Origin: Phycisphaerales bacterium
Lineage (GTDB): Bacteria > Planctomycetota > Phycisphaerae > Phycisphaerales > SM1A02
Assembly (NCBI GenBank): GCA_012965315.1
Contig: DTSO01000030.1
Location: 26,691-90,690 of the forward strand
DNA: 64,000 nt
Direction of reading: 5' to 3'
Shown one piece after another: positions 53,336 to 63,688 of this stretch. Within the stretch, counting starts at the first letter, position 1; every line of letters starts with the position of its first letter. A model generated the notes under the pieces. That model was not told where the DNA came from and did not search any database. It saw only the letters and a list, made by a program, of their open reading frames with translations. The position numbers were made by a program, and so were the translations under genes.

Positions 53336-54446
53336 AACTATATTTGAAACAAAAATTGAACACGTCTCTATTCTTGATGAACATGGAAATTTTGACTCTG
53401 CCCTAGGCGACGGCTTAATTCCTGACCAAGATGTTGTTGACATGTACAAACACATGATGGTCTGCCGTCATCTGGATGAAATTGCATTCAAATTACAACG
53501 TTCTGGACGAATGGGTACATACCCAGAAAACAGAGGCCAAGAAGTTCCATCACTTGCTGCTGCTTATGTTTTGGAAAAAAAAGATTGGATGGTGACCTGT
53601 TACCGAGAAAACGCTGGTTTGTTTTGGCGCGGTCTTCCAATGGAAAAAATTCTCTTGCACTGGATGGGCGACGAGCGTGGAAACCATATTGATGAATGTA
53701 ATGTGACACCACTTGCAATCGCAATCGGCTCGCAATTGCTCCACGCAACTGGTCTCGCTTGGGCAAGTAAGTACAAAAAGGATGGCGCAATTGCTTGCAC
53801 ATTCTTTGGTGACGGCGCAACAAGCGAGGGCGACTTCCACGAAGCAGCTAACTTCGCTGCTAACTTAGATTTACCCGTTGTGTTTGTTTGCCAAAACAAC
53901 GGGTGGGCAATTTCAACCCCAACGAAACTTGAGTGCTCCGCACCAACAGTTGCGCAACGCGGTATTGCTTACGGCATGGATTGTGTGCAAGTGGACGGAA
54001 ACGATTTGTTTGCAATGGTAAAGGTGGTTCGCGACGCAGTTACTAACGCACGCGAAAATAATCGACCAACTTTTATCGAAGCATTGACGTACCGACTCGG
54101 CGACCATACAACAGCTGACGACGCTCGGCGCTATCGAGACGCAGACGAACTTGCCATGTGGGAAAAACGAGATCCAATGATTCGACTTCGAAATTATCTT
54201 GAACAAAAAGACCTTTGGTCTGCTGCAAAAGAAGAAGAGCAACTCGCGGCTGCATCGGTCATCGTTTCTTCGGTTGTAAAAAATGCTGAAGAAATAGATG
54301 CCCCAACTTCAAACGACTTCTTTGACTCGATGTTCGTTGATCTCCCACCGCAATTACAAAAACAACGACAAACCATGCGAACAAGTAGTATTGGTCAAGA
54401 TCCATCTCAAATTTCACAACCAGCTCAAGAGGGTGTGGTCAAATAA
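53325..54446 (+). CDS. bkdA1: 2-oxoisovalerate (branched-chain alpha-keto acid) dehydrogenase E1 alpha subunit
   Basis: TPP-binding region FFGDGATSEGDFHEAANFA...VVFVCQNNGWAIS. ATG 53325 is preferred; it overlaps the ldh stop by 11 nt. Confidence 0.85.
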   Translation: MPVKTIFETKIEHVSILDEHGNFDSALGDGLIPDQDVVDMYKHMMVCRHLDEIAFKLQRSGRMGTYPENRGQEVPSLAAAYVLEKKDWMVTCYRENAGLFWRGLPMEKILLHWMGDERGNHIDECNVTPLAIAIGSQLLHATGLAWASKYKKDGAIACTFFGDGATSEGDFHEAANFAANLDLPVVFVCQNNGWAISTPTKLECSAPTVAQRGIAYGMDCVQVDGNDLFAMVKVVRDAVTNARENNRPTFIEALTYRLGDHTTADDARRYRDADELAMWEKRDPMIRLRNYLEQKDLWSAAKEEEQLAAASVIVSSVVKNAEEIDAPTSNDFFDSMFVDLPPQLQKQRQTMRTSSIGQDPSQISQPAQEGVVK

Positions 54447-55414
54447 TGGCGAATCTAACATTAGTTCAATCCATCAATCTTGCCCTTATTCAAGAAATGG
54501 AAAAAGATGACCGTGTACTTCTTTTAGGAGAAGACATTGGTCTCAATGGCGGAGTCTTTCGTGCAACCGAGGGGTTGTTCCAGCGATTTGGAGGTGACAG
54601 AGTTGTAGACTCACCCCTTGCAGAGTCAGGCATCATGGGAACAGCCATCGGGCTTGCAATGGGCGGACTACGTCCTGTTCCTGAAATCCAATTTGAAGGA
54701 TTTATGGGTCCAGCATTCGACCAACTCACAAATCAAGCCGCTCGTTTTAACAGTAGAACCCGCGGTGGATTAACGTGCCCACTTACACTTCGCGTTCCGA
54801 TTGGTGGTGGCATTCATGCCCCAGAGTTGCACAGCGACAGCCCAGAAGCAATTTACACACACACGCCTGGTTTAAAAATCGTAATGCCATCGTCACCATA
54901 CGATGCAAAGGGTTTATTAATCAGCGCTATCCGAGACCCTAACCCAGTTATTTTCTTTGAACCAAAACGGATTTACCGCGCCTTTCGAGAAGAAGTTCCA
55001 GAAGACGAGTACACCATTCCAATTGGCGTTGCCCGAAAAGTTTGCGAAGGCGATGAACTTACGATGGTTTCGTGGGGTGCAACTGTTGTTCAGTGTATGA
55101 ATGCAATTGAAAAATCTGGTAAGTCGATTGAACTAATCGACCTTCGTACAATTTCCCCAATTGATATAGACACCATCGCAACGTCCGTAAATAAAACTGG
55201 GCGTTGTGTTGTTGTACACGAGGCACCAAAAACCTGTGGTCTTGGCGCTGAGATTGCTGCTGGAGTGATGGAACATTGTTTCTTACACCTTGAAGCACCC
55301 GTTCAACGAGTATGTGGCTTCGATACCGTCATGCCGTATTACAAACTAGAACTTGACTACCTACCGGATGCGGAACGCATCGGTAAAGCAATAAATGAAA
55401 CGTTGGCGTATTAA
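54446..55414 (+). CDS. bkdA2: 2-oxoisovalerate dehydrogenase E1 beta subunit
   Basis: LLGEDIG..GGVFR.T.GL, DSPLAESGI and FEPKRIYR motifs. Confidence 0.88.
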   Translation: MANLTLVQSINLALIQEMEKDDRVLLLGEDIGLNGGVFRATEGLFQRFGGDRVVDSPLAESGIMGTAIGLAMGGLRPVPEIQFEGFMGPAFDQLTNQAARFNSRTRGGLTCPLTLRVPIGGGIHAPELHSDSPEAIYTHTPGLKIVMPSSPYDAKGLLISAIRDPNPVIFFEPKRIYRAFREEVPEDEYTIPIGVARKVCEGDELTMVSWGATVVQCMNAIEKSGKSIELIDLRTISPIDIDTIATSVNKTGRCVVVHEAPKTCGLGAEIAAGVMEHCFLHLEAPVQRVCGFDTVMPYYKLELDYLPDAERIGKAINETLAY

Positions 55415-55416
55415 TT

Positions 55417-56712
55417 ATGGCTACAAAACAACCAACTGATCATTCGCATTTCATTCTTCCTGACCTTGGTGAGGGTGTACACGAAGCAGAACTCATTAAG
55501 TGGAGAGTTTCTGTTGGTGACACTGTTAAAGAACACCAAACCATCGCTGAAATGGAAACCGACAAAGCTCTTGTTGAAGTACCTAGCCCATGGGCTGGTG
55601 TAATTCAATCGCTAAATGGAAATGAAGGCGACATTATTAATGTTGGAAGTATTCTTGTTAATTACGACATTGGTACTTCTGCGGCTGATTCACCTGCTGA
55701 AACCGCAACTGGTACAGACGCGCCTCCAGACACTGGCTGTGTTGTTGGTGCCGTTCAAGACAGCATGACCGTTCCCGCTAGTTTTGCGAGAACCACCGCA
55801 GAACCAGAAACGCAATCAAGCGAAAAGGCTTCCGCTACCCCTGCTGTTCGCCGAATCGCAAAAGAAAAAAATATTGACATTAATGCCGTCACTCCTACTG
55901 GTAGAGGCGGGAGAGTTACAGCTTCGGATATCGAATCGCACGGTACGCCTGCAACCGTCGTGCCAATTGAACCAACGCCAACCGCGCCGCTTGCAACAAG
56001 AGTAAGCGTGCCACAAGAAGGCGTTTCTGAGCGAATACCATTCCGAGGCATTCGACGAAAAATTGCAGAAGCAATGATGCATAGTATTAACACCACTGCG
56101 CACTTCCAAGTAATGGATGAAGCGGATGTAACACAAATTGATCGCAAGCGAAAAGCGATTAGCGAACTCATCGGTCGAAAATTAAGCATGCTTCCCTTCG
56201 TCATGACCGCCGTCACAAAAGCGCTGAAAAAACACCCTGCGATGAACTCAACCGTTGACGATTTTGTTGAAGAAATTTTACTTCACTCAAATGTACATTT
56301 AGGCTGTGCCGTTGATACCGACAACGGATTAATGGTTCCTGTGATAAAAAACGCTGACGCTCTAAGTCCTGTACAACTTGCAGATGAAACAACTCGGCTT
56401 GCAAAAGCATGTCGAGATCGTTCTATTCCAAGAGAAGAACTTTCCGGTGGTACTTTCACCATTTCCAATGTTGGAAGTTATGGTGGAATGTTCTCAACAC
56501 CTATTATTAACTATCCAGAAGTCGGTATTCTTGGTGTTGGCAGATCGAAAGAACAGGTCTTAACCAAAGATGGCGCCTTCTACGCTGGAAAAATTTTGCC
56601 CCTAAGCCTAAGTTGTGACCACCGCGTTGTAGACGGCGCAGAGGCAGCCAGATTCTTGCGTACTATTATCGAATTATTAGAAAACCCTGAAGAATTAATA
56701 CCAACAATATGA
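55417..56712 (+). CDS. bkdB: dihydrolipoamide branched-chain acyltransferase (E2)
   Basis: Lipoyl domain (EMETDKALVEVPSP), E3-binding domain (ATPAVRRIAKEKNIDI), catalytic LSCDHRVVDGAEAARF. Confidence 0.9.
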   Translation: MATKQPTDHSHFILPDLGEGVHEAELIKWRVSVGDTVKEHQTIAEMETDKALVEVPSPWAGVIQSLNGNEGDIINVGSILVNYDIGTSAADSPAETATGTDAPPDTGCVVGAVQDSMTVPASFARTTAEPETQSSEKASATPAVRRIAKEKNIDINAVTPTGRGGRVTASDIESHGTPATVVPIEPTPTAPLATRVSVPQEGVSERIPFRGIRRKIAEAMMHSINTTAHFQVMDEADVTQIDRKRKAISELIGRKLSMLPFVMTAVTKALKKHPAMNSTVDDFVEEILLHSNVHLGCAVDTDNGLMVPVIKNADALSPVQLADETTRLAKACRDRSIPREELSGGTFTISNVGSYGGMFSTPIINYPEVGILGVGRSKEQVLTKDGAFYAGKILPLSLSCDHRVVDGAEAARFLRTIIELLENPEELIPTI

Positions 56713-58049
56713 AAACCGAACAAATGACAAATGTTGCCGCTGAATTAAAAAGCAAAATTGAAAACAAAACTGCTTGTGTTGGAGTTGTCGGAATGGGATA
56801 CGTTGGTCTCCCTCTCGCGGTCGCTATCTTCGATGCTGGATACGAAGTTCTTGGTTTTGATGTTGACCCTGCAAAAATCGAGTGTTTAAATAACGGCACT
56901 CCGTACCTAAAGCACCTTGGAGAGGATTTTTCAAAAGAGCTCGCAACAACAGATAGATTTACCGCTACCGATAACCCTGAAGCGTTAAAAAACGCAGACA
57001 TTATTTTGCTCTGCGTCCCAACGCCACTTGGCAAACACAACGAGCCAGACCTTACATACGTGCTTGAAAGTACAAAAGCCGTTGCAAATGTTCTACGCAA
57101 GGGACAACTCGTTGTTCTTGAGTCAACAACCTACCCAGGGACCACTCGCGATGAGATGTTGCCCATTCTCGAAGCAACGGGATTAGTACACAGTAAAGAT
57201 TTCTTCGTTGCATACAGCCCAGAACGCGAAGATCCAGGTCGCAAGTCAGAGTCAACACAAACCATTCCAAAACTAGTTGGTGGTCTTGATAAACTTAGTG
57301 GAGACATTGCTTTTAGTTTTTATAGTCAGGTCATTCAACACGCGCACTTGGTAAGTTCAGCAGAAGTTGCAGAATCCGCAAAACTGCTTGAGAACATTTA
57401 CAGGTCAGTCAATATTGCACTCGTCAATGAGATGAAACTTATCCTTGAAAAACTCAACGTTGACATTTGGGAAGTTGTCGCAGCTGCAGCAACAAAACCT
57501 TTTGGTTTCCAAGCGTTCTATCCTGGTCCTGGTCTTGGCGGTCACTGTATTCCAATTGATCCTTTTTACCTGACCTGGAAAGCGAAAGAAGTTGGCATGC
57601 CAACAAGATTCATTGAACTTGCTGGTGAAATTAACCAAAAGATGCCCTACATCGTGGTGGATCGCGTAGCTAGTGCTCTTAATGAAGATGGTAAAGCAAT
57701 TAACGGTGCAAAAGTTCTCATCATCGGTATTGCGTATAAACCAGATGTGGATGACGTTCGCGAAACTCCTGCTGCGGAAATTATTGAAGACCTATGCAAA
57801 CGAGGAGCAAACGTTCAATACCATGACCCTCAGGTTGCTGAATTCCCTGAAATGAGAGCGCACGATATTCATTTATCCTCCGTAGCTTTAACTCAAGAAA
57901 ATGTTTCTAGTTTTGATGTTGTTTTAATTGTCACAGACCACACCGCTATCGATTGGGATTTGATTGCTACGAATGCTTCACTAGTTGTTGATACTCGAAA
58001 TGCACTTGCAGGTTGCAACGATATTCGGGCACGACTCGTTAAAGCATGA
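56709..58049 (+). CDS. UDP-N-acetyl-D-glucosamine/mannosamine 6-dehydrogenase family (WbpA/WecC-like nucleotide-sugar dehydrogenase)
   Basis: N-terminal Rossmann VVGMGYVGLP, catalytic GGHCIP, C-terminal UDP-binding domain. The start ATGA overlaps the E2 stop. Confidence 0.85.
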   Translation: MKTEQMTNVAAELKSKIENKTACVGVVGMGYVGLPLAVAIFDAGYEVLGFDVDPAKIECLNNGTPYLKHLGEDFSKELATTDRFTATDNPEALKNADIILLCVPTPLGKHNEPDLTYVLESTKAVANVLRKGQLVVLESTTYPGTTRDEMLPILEATGLVHSKDFFVAYSPEREDPGRKSESTQTIPKLVGGLDKLSGDIAFSFYSQVIQHAHLVSSAEVAESAKLLENIYRSVNIALVNEMKLILEKLNVDIWEVVAAAATKPFGFQAFYPGPGLGGHCIPIDPFYLTWKAKEVGMPTRFIELAGEINQKMPYIVVDRVASALNEDGKAINGAKVLIIGIAYKPDVDDVRETPAAEIIEDLCKRGANVQYHDPQVAEFPEMRAHDIHLSSVALTQENVSSFDVVLIVTDHTAIDWDLIATNASLVVDTRNALAGCNDIRARLVKA

Positions 58050-58855
58050 CTTGGAATTGGACGCTTCTAGACGCAGGTAGATTCGCCCTAGATGGCGGTT
58101 CTATGTTTGGAGTTGTGCCTAAAGCATTATGGTCTCGACTAGTAGAGCCAGACGAAGAAAATAGAATTCCAGAAGCATGTAACTGCGTTCTTCTTGAACA
58201 AGATGGGCAACGAATACTCATCGAAACTGGGTACGGCGATGGTTGGAATAACAAAGAAGTCGACATGTTCGCTATGAACGGCACCACAATTCTCGACGTC
58301 CTCAACGAACATTCAATTAACCCAGACTCCATCAATACTATTATTTTGTCGCATCTCCACTTTGACCATGCGGCGGGCGTTACGTTATTGCCAAATGCAA
58401 AGGTTATTGTGCAAAAGCAAGAATGGGAAGATGCAAACGCCAATCGTTCAACAATGAGCCGTACATACCTTCCAAGAGTGCTCGATTCGATACGCGATCG
58501 GCTTGTACTTGTAGATGGCGATGAAACTGTCTGCGGAGACATCCAACTCACCGTTCGAAGAGGCCACACTTGGGGTTTGCAATCCATACAATTTCAGGAT
58601 TGTGAAGGCATGGTTTGTTTTTGTTCCGATGTCATGCCGACTACAAACCACGTTGGAATCGCCTACTCGATGGGTTACGATATGTTGCCCTGGGACAATG
58701 CCAAAACTAAACAAGCACTACTCGAAGAAGCGCACAGCAAACATTGGCGGCTGGTTTTATATCACGAACCAGATACACCTGTCGTCTGTGTTATCAAAAA
58801 CGACAAAGGACGTTTTGCTCTTCAAGCTAAGACCGACTATTTACAAAATCAATAA
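58046..58855 (+). CDS. MBL-fold metallo-hydrolase
   Basis: HxHxDH motif (LSHLHFDHAAG). The start ATGA overlaps the upstream stop. Confidence 0.8.
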   Translation: MTWNWTLLDAGRFALDGGSMFGVVPKALWSRLVEPDEENRIPEACNCVLLEQDGQRILIETGYGDGWNNKEVDMFAMNGTTILDVLNEHSINPDSINTIILSHLHFDHAAGVTLLPNAKVIVQKQEWEDANANRSTMSRTYLPRVLDSIRDRLVLVDGDETVCGDIQLTVRRGHTWGLQSIQFQDCEGMVCFCSDVMPTTNHVGIAYSMGYDMLPWDNAKTKQALLEEAHSKHWRLVLYHEPDTPVVCVIKNDKGRFALQAKTDYLQNQ

Positions 58856-60017
58856 CAGTTGTTGCAACGTATCGAACTTGTTCTTCTGAAAGTTCGGGAT
58901 AAATTGGCAATGCAAGTGTTTCAAGTGCCGCTGATTCGGTGTTTGGTAAATCGCCTTCTTTGCAACCTAATTCTGCAAAACAATCTTGCATATGAAGGGG
59001 TACAGGATAATAAACCTCTGTGCCAATGTCGTTCGATTTTAAATGATCTCGAAGTTCATCTCTTAAAGTGGCTGGAACTCGAATACAGTATTGATTGTAA
59101 ATATGACGAGCAGGAGCATCTGGCGCCAATGGTGTTCTAAGTTGAAAACCATCAGTTGAAAGTGCGTTGTCAGAAGTAATTGCACCCGCGCCGTGGAATA
59201 GTTCGGTATAAAGTGCTGCGTTTTTCGCGCGACCTTCGTGCCAACTTTCTAAGTACGGAAGTTTTACGCGAAGAACTGCGGCTTGAATCGCGTCGAGTCG
59301 TGAATTAACACCTGCGAATTTGTGATAATACTTTGGCTTACTGCCGTGAACACGAAGTACACGCAACATTTCTGCGGTTGCATCATCATTTGTTGTAATA
59401 ATTCCACCGTCACCATAACCACCAAGATTTTTTGATGGGAAGAAACTAAAACAACCCATCAAACCTCTAGTGCCAACCATGTTGCCCTTGGTATCTTTGG
59501 TTCCGATTGCTTGGGCTGCATCTTCGATAACTGGAATTTGTAAATCGTCTGCGAGTGCTATTATTCCATCAAGGTCACAACTTTGACCGTAAAGATGAAC
59601 TGGAATTATTGCTTTTAAGTTTGTGCACGTTGCTGCTTTTTCACGCGTGCTTTTTGTGCAAATGTTATAGGTTGTCGGATCCAAATCAACAAAAACTGGT
59701 TTTGCACCAAGGCGATAAATGGCTCCAGCGGTAGCAAAGAAAGTGTACGAAGGACAAAGGACTTCGTCGCCGTGCCCTACACCAACTGCCATAAGGGCAA
59801 GAAGCAAAGCATCAGAACCAGAGCCGCAGCCGATTGCGTGTTTCACGCCGACATATTCAGCCACCTCCTCTTCAAGTGCAGAAACGTTTGGTCCCATGAT
59901 AAACCATTGGCTTTCGACGACCTCTGCGATTGCGTCTGCAATTTCACTGCGCATTGTTGCGTGTTGAGCCTTTAGGTCAAGTAATGGAACCGATGTTGTT
60001 GCAACTGTCATGGGCAA
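58827..60017 (-). CDS. DegT/DnrJ/EryC1/StrS-family PLP aminotransferase (WbpE/WlbC-like)
   Basis: [22 protein letters not shown] and [14 protein letters not shown] (PLP Lys) motifs. Confidence 0.88.
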   Translation of the reverse strand: MPMTVATTSVPLLDLKAQHATMRSEIADAIAEVVESQWFIMGPNVSALEEEVAEYVGVKHAIGCGSGSDALLLALMAVGVGHGDEVLCPSYTFFATAGAIYRLGAKPVFVDLDPTTYNICTKSTREKAATCTNLKAIIPVHLYGQSCDLDGIIALADDLQIPVIEDAAQAIGTKDTKGNMVGTRGLMGCFSFFPSKNLGGYGDGGIITTNDDATAEMLRVLRVHGSKPKYYHKFAGVNSRLDAIQAAVLRVKLPYLESWHEGRAKNAALYTELFHGAGAITSDNALSTDGFQLRTPLAPDAPARHIYNQYCIRVPATLRDELRDHLKSNDIGTEVYYPVPLHMQDCFAELGCKEGDLPNTESAALETLALPIYPELSEEQVRYVATTVIDFVNSRS

Positions 60018-60628
60018 ACTTCCTCTGTTTTGTTTTGGATTTCGTGTATTGGTTGAAGTGTTCCATCAACCTCTTTATATGAGTTGCCACATTCTGCACA
60101 CTCGTTTGTCTCGGGTAGCGTGTACCCGCAGCGGCATGCCCAAGCATGGCGATGCGCAGGAACACCAATCATCAATGCATAATCTGGCACATCTTTAGAT
60201 ACCACTGCTCCAGCAGCAATAAATGCAAACCTTCCCACTGTACTTCCGCAAACGATCGTGCAGTTCGCACCCATGCTTGCGCCCTTTTTAATAAGGGTTC
60301 GCTGGTATTCTCCGCGGCGATTAATTTCACACCTTGGGTTAATGACGTTTGTAAAAACCATAGATGGGCCACAAAAAACATCGTCCTCAAGAACCACTCC
60401 GGTATAAATTGAAACGTTGTTTTGTATTTTCACGTTGTTGCCGATTGTTACATCGGGAGAGACAACTACGTTTTGTCCAAGGTTGCAGCCCTTGCCAATT
60501 TTTGAGTTTTGCATCACGTGGCTAAAGTGCCAGATAGATGTTCCTTCGCCAATTTCGCAGGGCTCGTCTATATACGCAGATTCGTGCACCTTTACGTTTG
60601 GAAATTTAGTTGCATCAACTTGCGGCAT
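60008..60628 (-). CDS. hexapeptide-repeat N-acetyltransferase (WbpD/WlbB-like)
   Basis: [35 protein letters not shown]...GANCTIVCG...[17 protein letters not shown] closely resembles my recollection of WlbB/WbpD. ATG 60628 is preferred. Confidence 0.85.
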   Translation of the reverse strand: MPQVDATKFPNVKVHESAYIDEPCEIGEGTSIWHFSHVMQNSKIGKGCNLGQNVVVSPDVTIGNNVKIQNNVSIYTGVVLEDDVFCGPSMVFTNVINPRCEINRRGEYQRTLIKKGASMGANCTIVCGSTVGRFAFIAAGAVVSKDVPDYALMIGVPAHRHAWACRCGYTLPETNECAECGNSYKEVDGTLQPIHEIQNKTEEVCP

Positions 60629-61652
60629 GCGTGACTTCCTTTTTGTCGCCCAGTTTACAAGTGACAATCTCTCCGTTTGCATCGAGTGATCGTTGCGCAT
60701 CATGCAAAATGGTCAATACGCGAAGACCATTACGTCCATCGGTGCGAGCTTGTGTTTGATTTGCAACACAATCCGCGAAGTGTTGACACTCAATATCAAG
60801 TGGCATCTCGTCAGAAAATTCGACTCGCACGCCATCGCCCTTCACCGGCACTGGTTGACCATCTTGCCAATCAACGTGCTGATCGTGAAGCACCAGTTCC
60901 TTTGTCATATCGCAGAAGGTAATCATTTTTTTATCGCCAACGACGACAAGCTTTTGTTCTTTAAAGGGATGCAACCATGAAACAAATACATGCGCTCTTG
61001 CACCACCTTCAAACGCTAATTGCGTAAGTGTTGTATCTGCAATTCCCGGCGTGAGGAACGTTCCCCCAGTCGCGACAACATTTGTTGGGTATGCATTCAT
61101 GAGACGAAGGATTACCGAAATGTCATGCGGCGCAAATGACCAAAGAACATTTTCTTCAGTACGAAGCTTTCCAAGATTCAATCTATTTGAAACAATATAT
61201 TGGACTGTTCCCAATTCACCAGATTGAATCATCTCCTCAATCTTACAAATTGCTGGGTGGTATTCCAACAAGTGGCCAACCATCAAAATTCTATTTTCGG
61301 ATTCTGCTAGTTCAACGAGTGCCTTTGCTTCACCAATATCAATCGTCATCGGTTTTTCAACATACACATCTTTGCCGGCAAGAATTGCATTTTTTGCGAC
61401 ATCAAAATGGGTTTCTGCAGGCGTTGCAATCATAACTGCATCAATTTCTTCATTCGCCAACACTTCGGTTGCGTCTGAGAAAATAGGCACTTCGGGAACT
61501 AGTTCTGAAGCGGTGGACCGACCCGACTCGGAAGGATCAATAACCGCAGCCAAATAACCCAGTTTGTTCATTGTTCTAACAATGTTTTTTCCCCAACCAC
61601 CACAACCAAACACGGCAATTTTAGGATTGTATTTTTGTTGTTCGTCCGACAT
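60615..61652 (-). CDS. Gfo/Idh/MocA-family oxidoreductase (WbpB/WlbA-like)
   Basis: N-terminal Rossmann [15 protein letters not shown] motif (VYVEKPM). ATG 61652 is preferred. Confidence 0.82.
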   Translation of the reverse strand: MSDEQQKYNPKIAVFGCGGWGKNIVRTMNKLGYLAAVIDPSESGRSTASELVPEVPIFSDATEVLANEEIDAVMIATPAETHFDVAKNAILAGKDVYVEKPMTIDIGEAKALVELAESENRILMVGHLLEYHPAICKIEEMIQSGELGTVQYIVSNRLNLGKLRTEENVLWSFAPHDISVILRLMNAYPTNVVATGGTFLTPGIADTTLTQLAFEGGARAHVFVSWLHPFKEQKLVVVGDKKMITFCDMTKELVLHDQHVDWQDGQPVPVKGDGVRVEFSDEMPLDIECQHFADCVANQTQARTDGRNGLRVLTILHDAQRSLDANGEIVTCKLGDKKEVTHAAS

Positions 61653-61706
61653 TTGCCAGCCCTTTCGTGCCCCCATAAAAACCAAAAACTTCAGAGACCC
61701 GCTATT

Positions 61707-63662
61707 TTACTGTATTTTTTCTGCTTGTGCTTTATTTGAACGATCTAGCGTATCTACGTTCGGCAATTGAGTTGAGTCCCAAGATGGAATAAAATCAGGG
61801 ATTAGCATCTTCATTACTAAAATCAATTCTTCTACATCACTCAACAATATTGCCTCTTCAATTCTATTCATAATTAGTAATGTGTTATCGCGATCTGTCA
61901 TCTCTTCTTTTGACATCAATATCATTTCATGGGCAGTTTTTTCTAAATTCTCGTTATGAGAAAGTTGTTCGTGTAGTTTTTCTCCCGGTCGCAAACTTGT
62001 AAATGTAATTTCAATTTCACCAGTAGGATTATTTTCGTCTTTGATGGTTTTCCCAGCAAGTGCGACCATGCGCTTAGCCAAATCGATAATCTTAATTGGT
62101 TCACCCATTTGAAGAACAAATACATCTGCAGACGAACCCATCGCACCTGCTTGCAAAATTAACTGCGATGCTTCTGGAATAGTCATAAAATATCTAGTCG
62201 CGTTTGGATCTGTAACTGTAACTGGCCCGCCGCAATTAATTTGCTCTTGAAAAATAGGTACAACTGAACCAGAAGAGCCAAGAACGTTTCCAAAACGAAC
62301 TAAACATGTACGTAGTTTTGAGTTTGGGCTCGATTTTGCTTGAATTAATAGTTCAGCAATCCGCTTTGTTGCACCCATAAAACTTGTCGGTTTAACTGCT
62401 TTGTCAGTACTAACAACAACCAAAGATGTACAACTCGCCCAATTCGCAGCGTCAATCACGCAGCGCGTTCCAACAATATTGTTACGGGCACCCTCTAGTG
62501 GGTTTGTTTCTAACATCGAAACGTGTTTGTATGCTGCCGCATGAAAAACAGACTCCACCTTATGTTGCAAAAATACTTCTCTTAGACGACTCTCGTCTGT
62601 TACAGAACCAAGAACAGTAAAAACGCTTGTGTCTGAACTTGCTGAAGATATTCTTTTTTCGATTTCTTGTTGAATAAAAAACAAGGCGCTTTCAGCAATG
62701 TCAAACAATACAATTGTTGAAGGGTTTCTCTGTAAAATTTGTCTGCATAATTCACTTCCGATTGATCCGCCAGCGCCAGTTACTAAAACAGATTTTCCTG
62801 TAACACATTCCCCTGCTAACTCTTCGTTAGCTACTACTTCGGTGCGAGTTAAAATATCGTCAATTGAAAGTGTTCGCAAATCACTATATGTTGCTTGTGC
62901 GGTTACAAGTTCCGAAAAACTAGGCATCGTTTCTATCTGAACATCTAGTGTTTGTAAATACTTCACTATTTCCGCCCTGCGAATCGGTTCCGTAGATGGA
63001 ATGGCAAGTAACACTGTGGTTACGTTTTGAGTTTTAATTAGTGATGGAAGTTTTTTCGCTGCATACACCCGCAGCCCGTACACACTTTGGCCTTGTTTAA
63101 GTTTGTCGTCATCAACAAATGCAATCGGCTTATAAACACTTCCGTACCGAATAGATGAAAAAAGTTGCGTACCCCCAGAACCACACCCATAAATTACTGA
63201 AACCTTCTTGGCTTCTGTTGGGTAAATTTGTACTTCTAACAAACGTCGTGCAAGTAAACGAATACCCGCCGTCCCAACCATTAAATAAAACGGGTAGATA
63301 ACAAAAATAGCTGTTGGCCGACCGCCACCAGAGTAAACATTAATAAGTGCGACAATACCAATTATCCATGCAACAAACAAACTAGCAATCATTGAATTAA
63401 GGAAAAACCGTGAGCCCGCAAATCTAATAACCGTGTGGTAAAGTCGAAAAACATAAAAAGCAACAATAGTTGTCGCACTTGCTAACGGTAAAATCCACCA
63501 AAATTTGACGATAAAATTTGGGAACAATTCGAGAGTAGGTGCTGCGTAGGTCATCCAAAGAGCGGCTGCGGCAATAATGGCATCAACAGCCATTGCTATC
63601 GCCATTTTTGAGCGACGACTAAGTAATTTGATTGTCTGTAGTAACCCCACAGGCATGCTCAA
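61707..63662 (-). CDS. membrane-anchored polysaccharide biosynthesis protein CapD/WbpM/PglF family (NDP-sugar 4,6-dehydratase)
   Basis: Four N-terminal TM helices, then two Rossmann-like regions (VLVTGAGGSIGSEL, AAAYKHV, STDKAV). Confidence 0.88.
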   Translation of the reverse strand: MSMPVGLLQTIKLLSRRSKMAIAMAVDAIIAAAALWMTYAAPTLELFPNFIVKFWWILPLASATTIVAFYVFRLYHTVIRFAGSRFFLNSMIASLFVAWIIGIVALINVYSGGGRPTAIFVIYPFYLMVGTAGIRLLARRLLEVQIYPTEAKKVSVIYGCGSGGTQLFSSIRYGSVYKPIAFVDDDKLKQGQSVYGLRVYAAKKLPSLIKTQNVTTVLLAIPSTEPIRRAEIVKYLQTLDVQIETMPSFSELVTAQATYSDLRTLSIDDILTRTEVVANEELAGECVTGKSVLVTGAGGSIGSELCRQILQRNPSTIVLFDIAESALFFIQQEIEKRISSASSDTSVFTVLGSVTDESRLREVFLQHKVESVFHAAAYKHVSMLETNPLEGARNNIVGTRCVIDAANWASCTSLVVVSTDKAVKPTSFMGATKRIAELLIQAKSSPNSKLRTCLVRFGNVLGSSGSVVPIFQEQINCGGPVTVTDPNATRYFMTIPEASQLILQAGAMGSSADVFVLQMGEPIKIIDLAKRMVALAGKTIKDENNPTGEIEITFTSLRPGEKLHEQLSHNENLEKTAHEMILMSKEEMTDRDNTLLIMNRIEEAILLSDVEELILVMKMLIPDFIPSWDSTQLPNVDTLDRSNKAQAEKIQ

Positions 63663-63688
63663 TATTCTCTCAAATTAAGTCCACCTAA

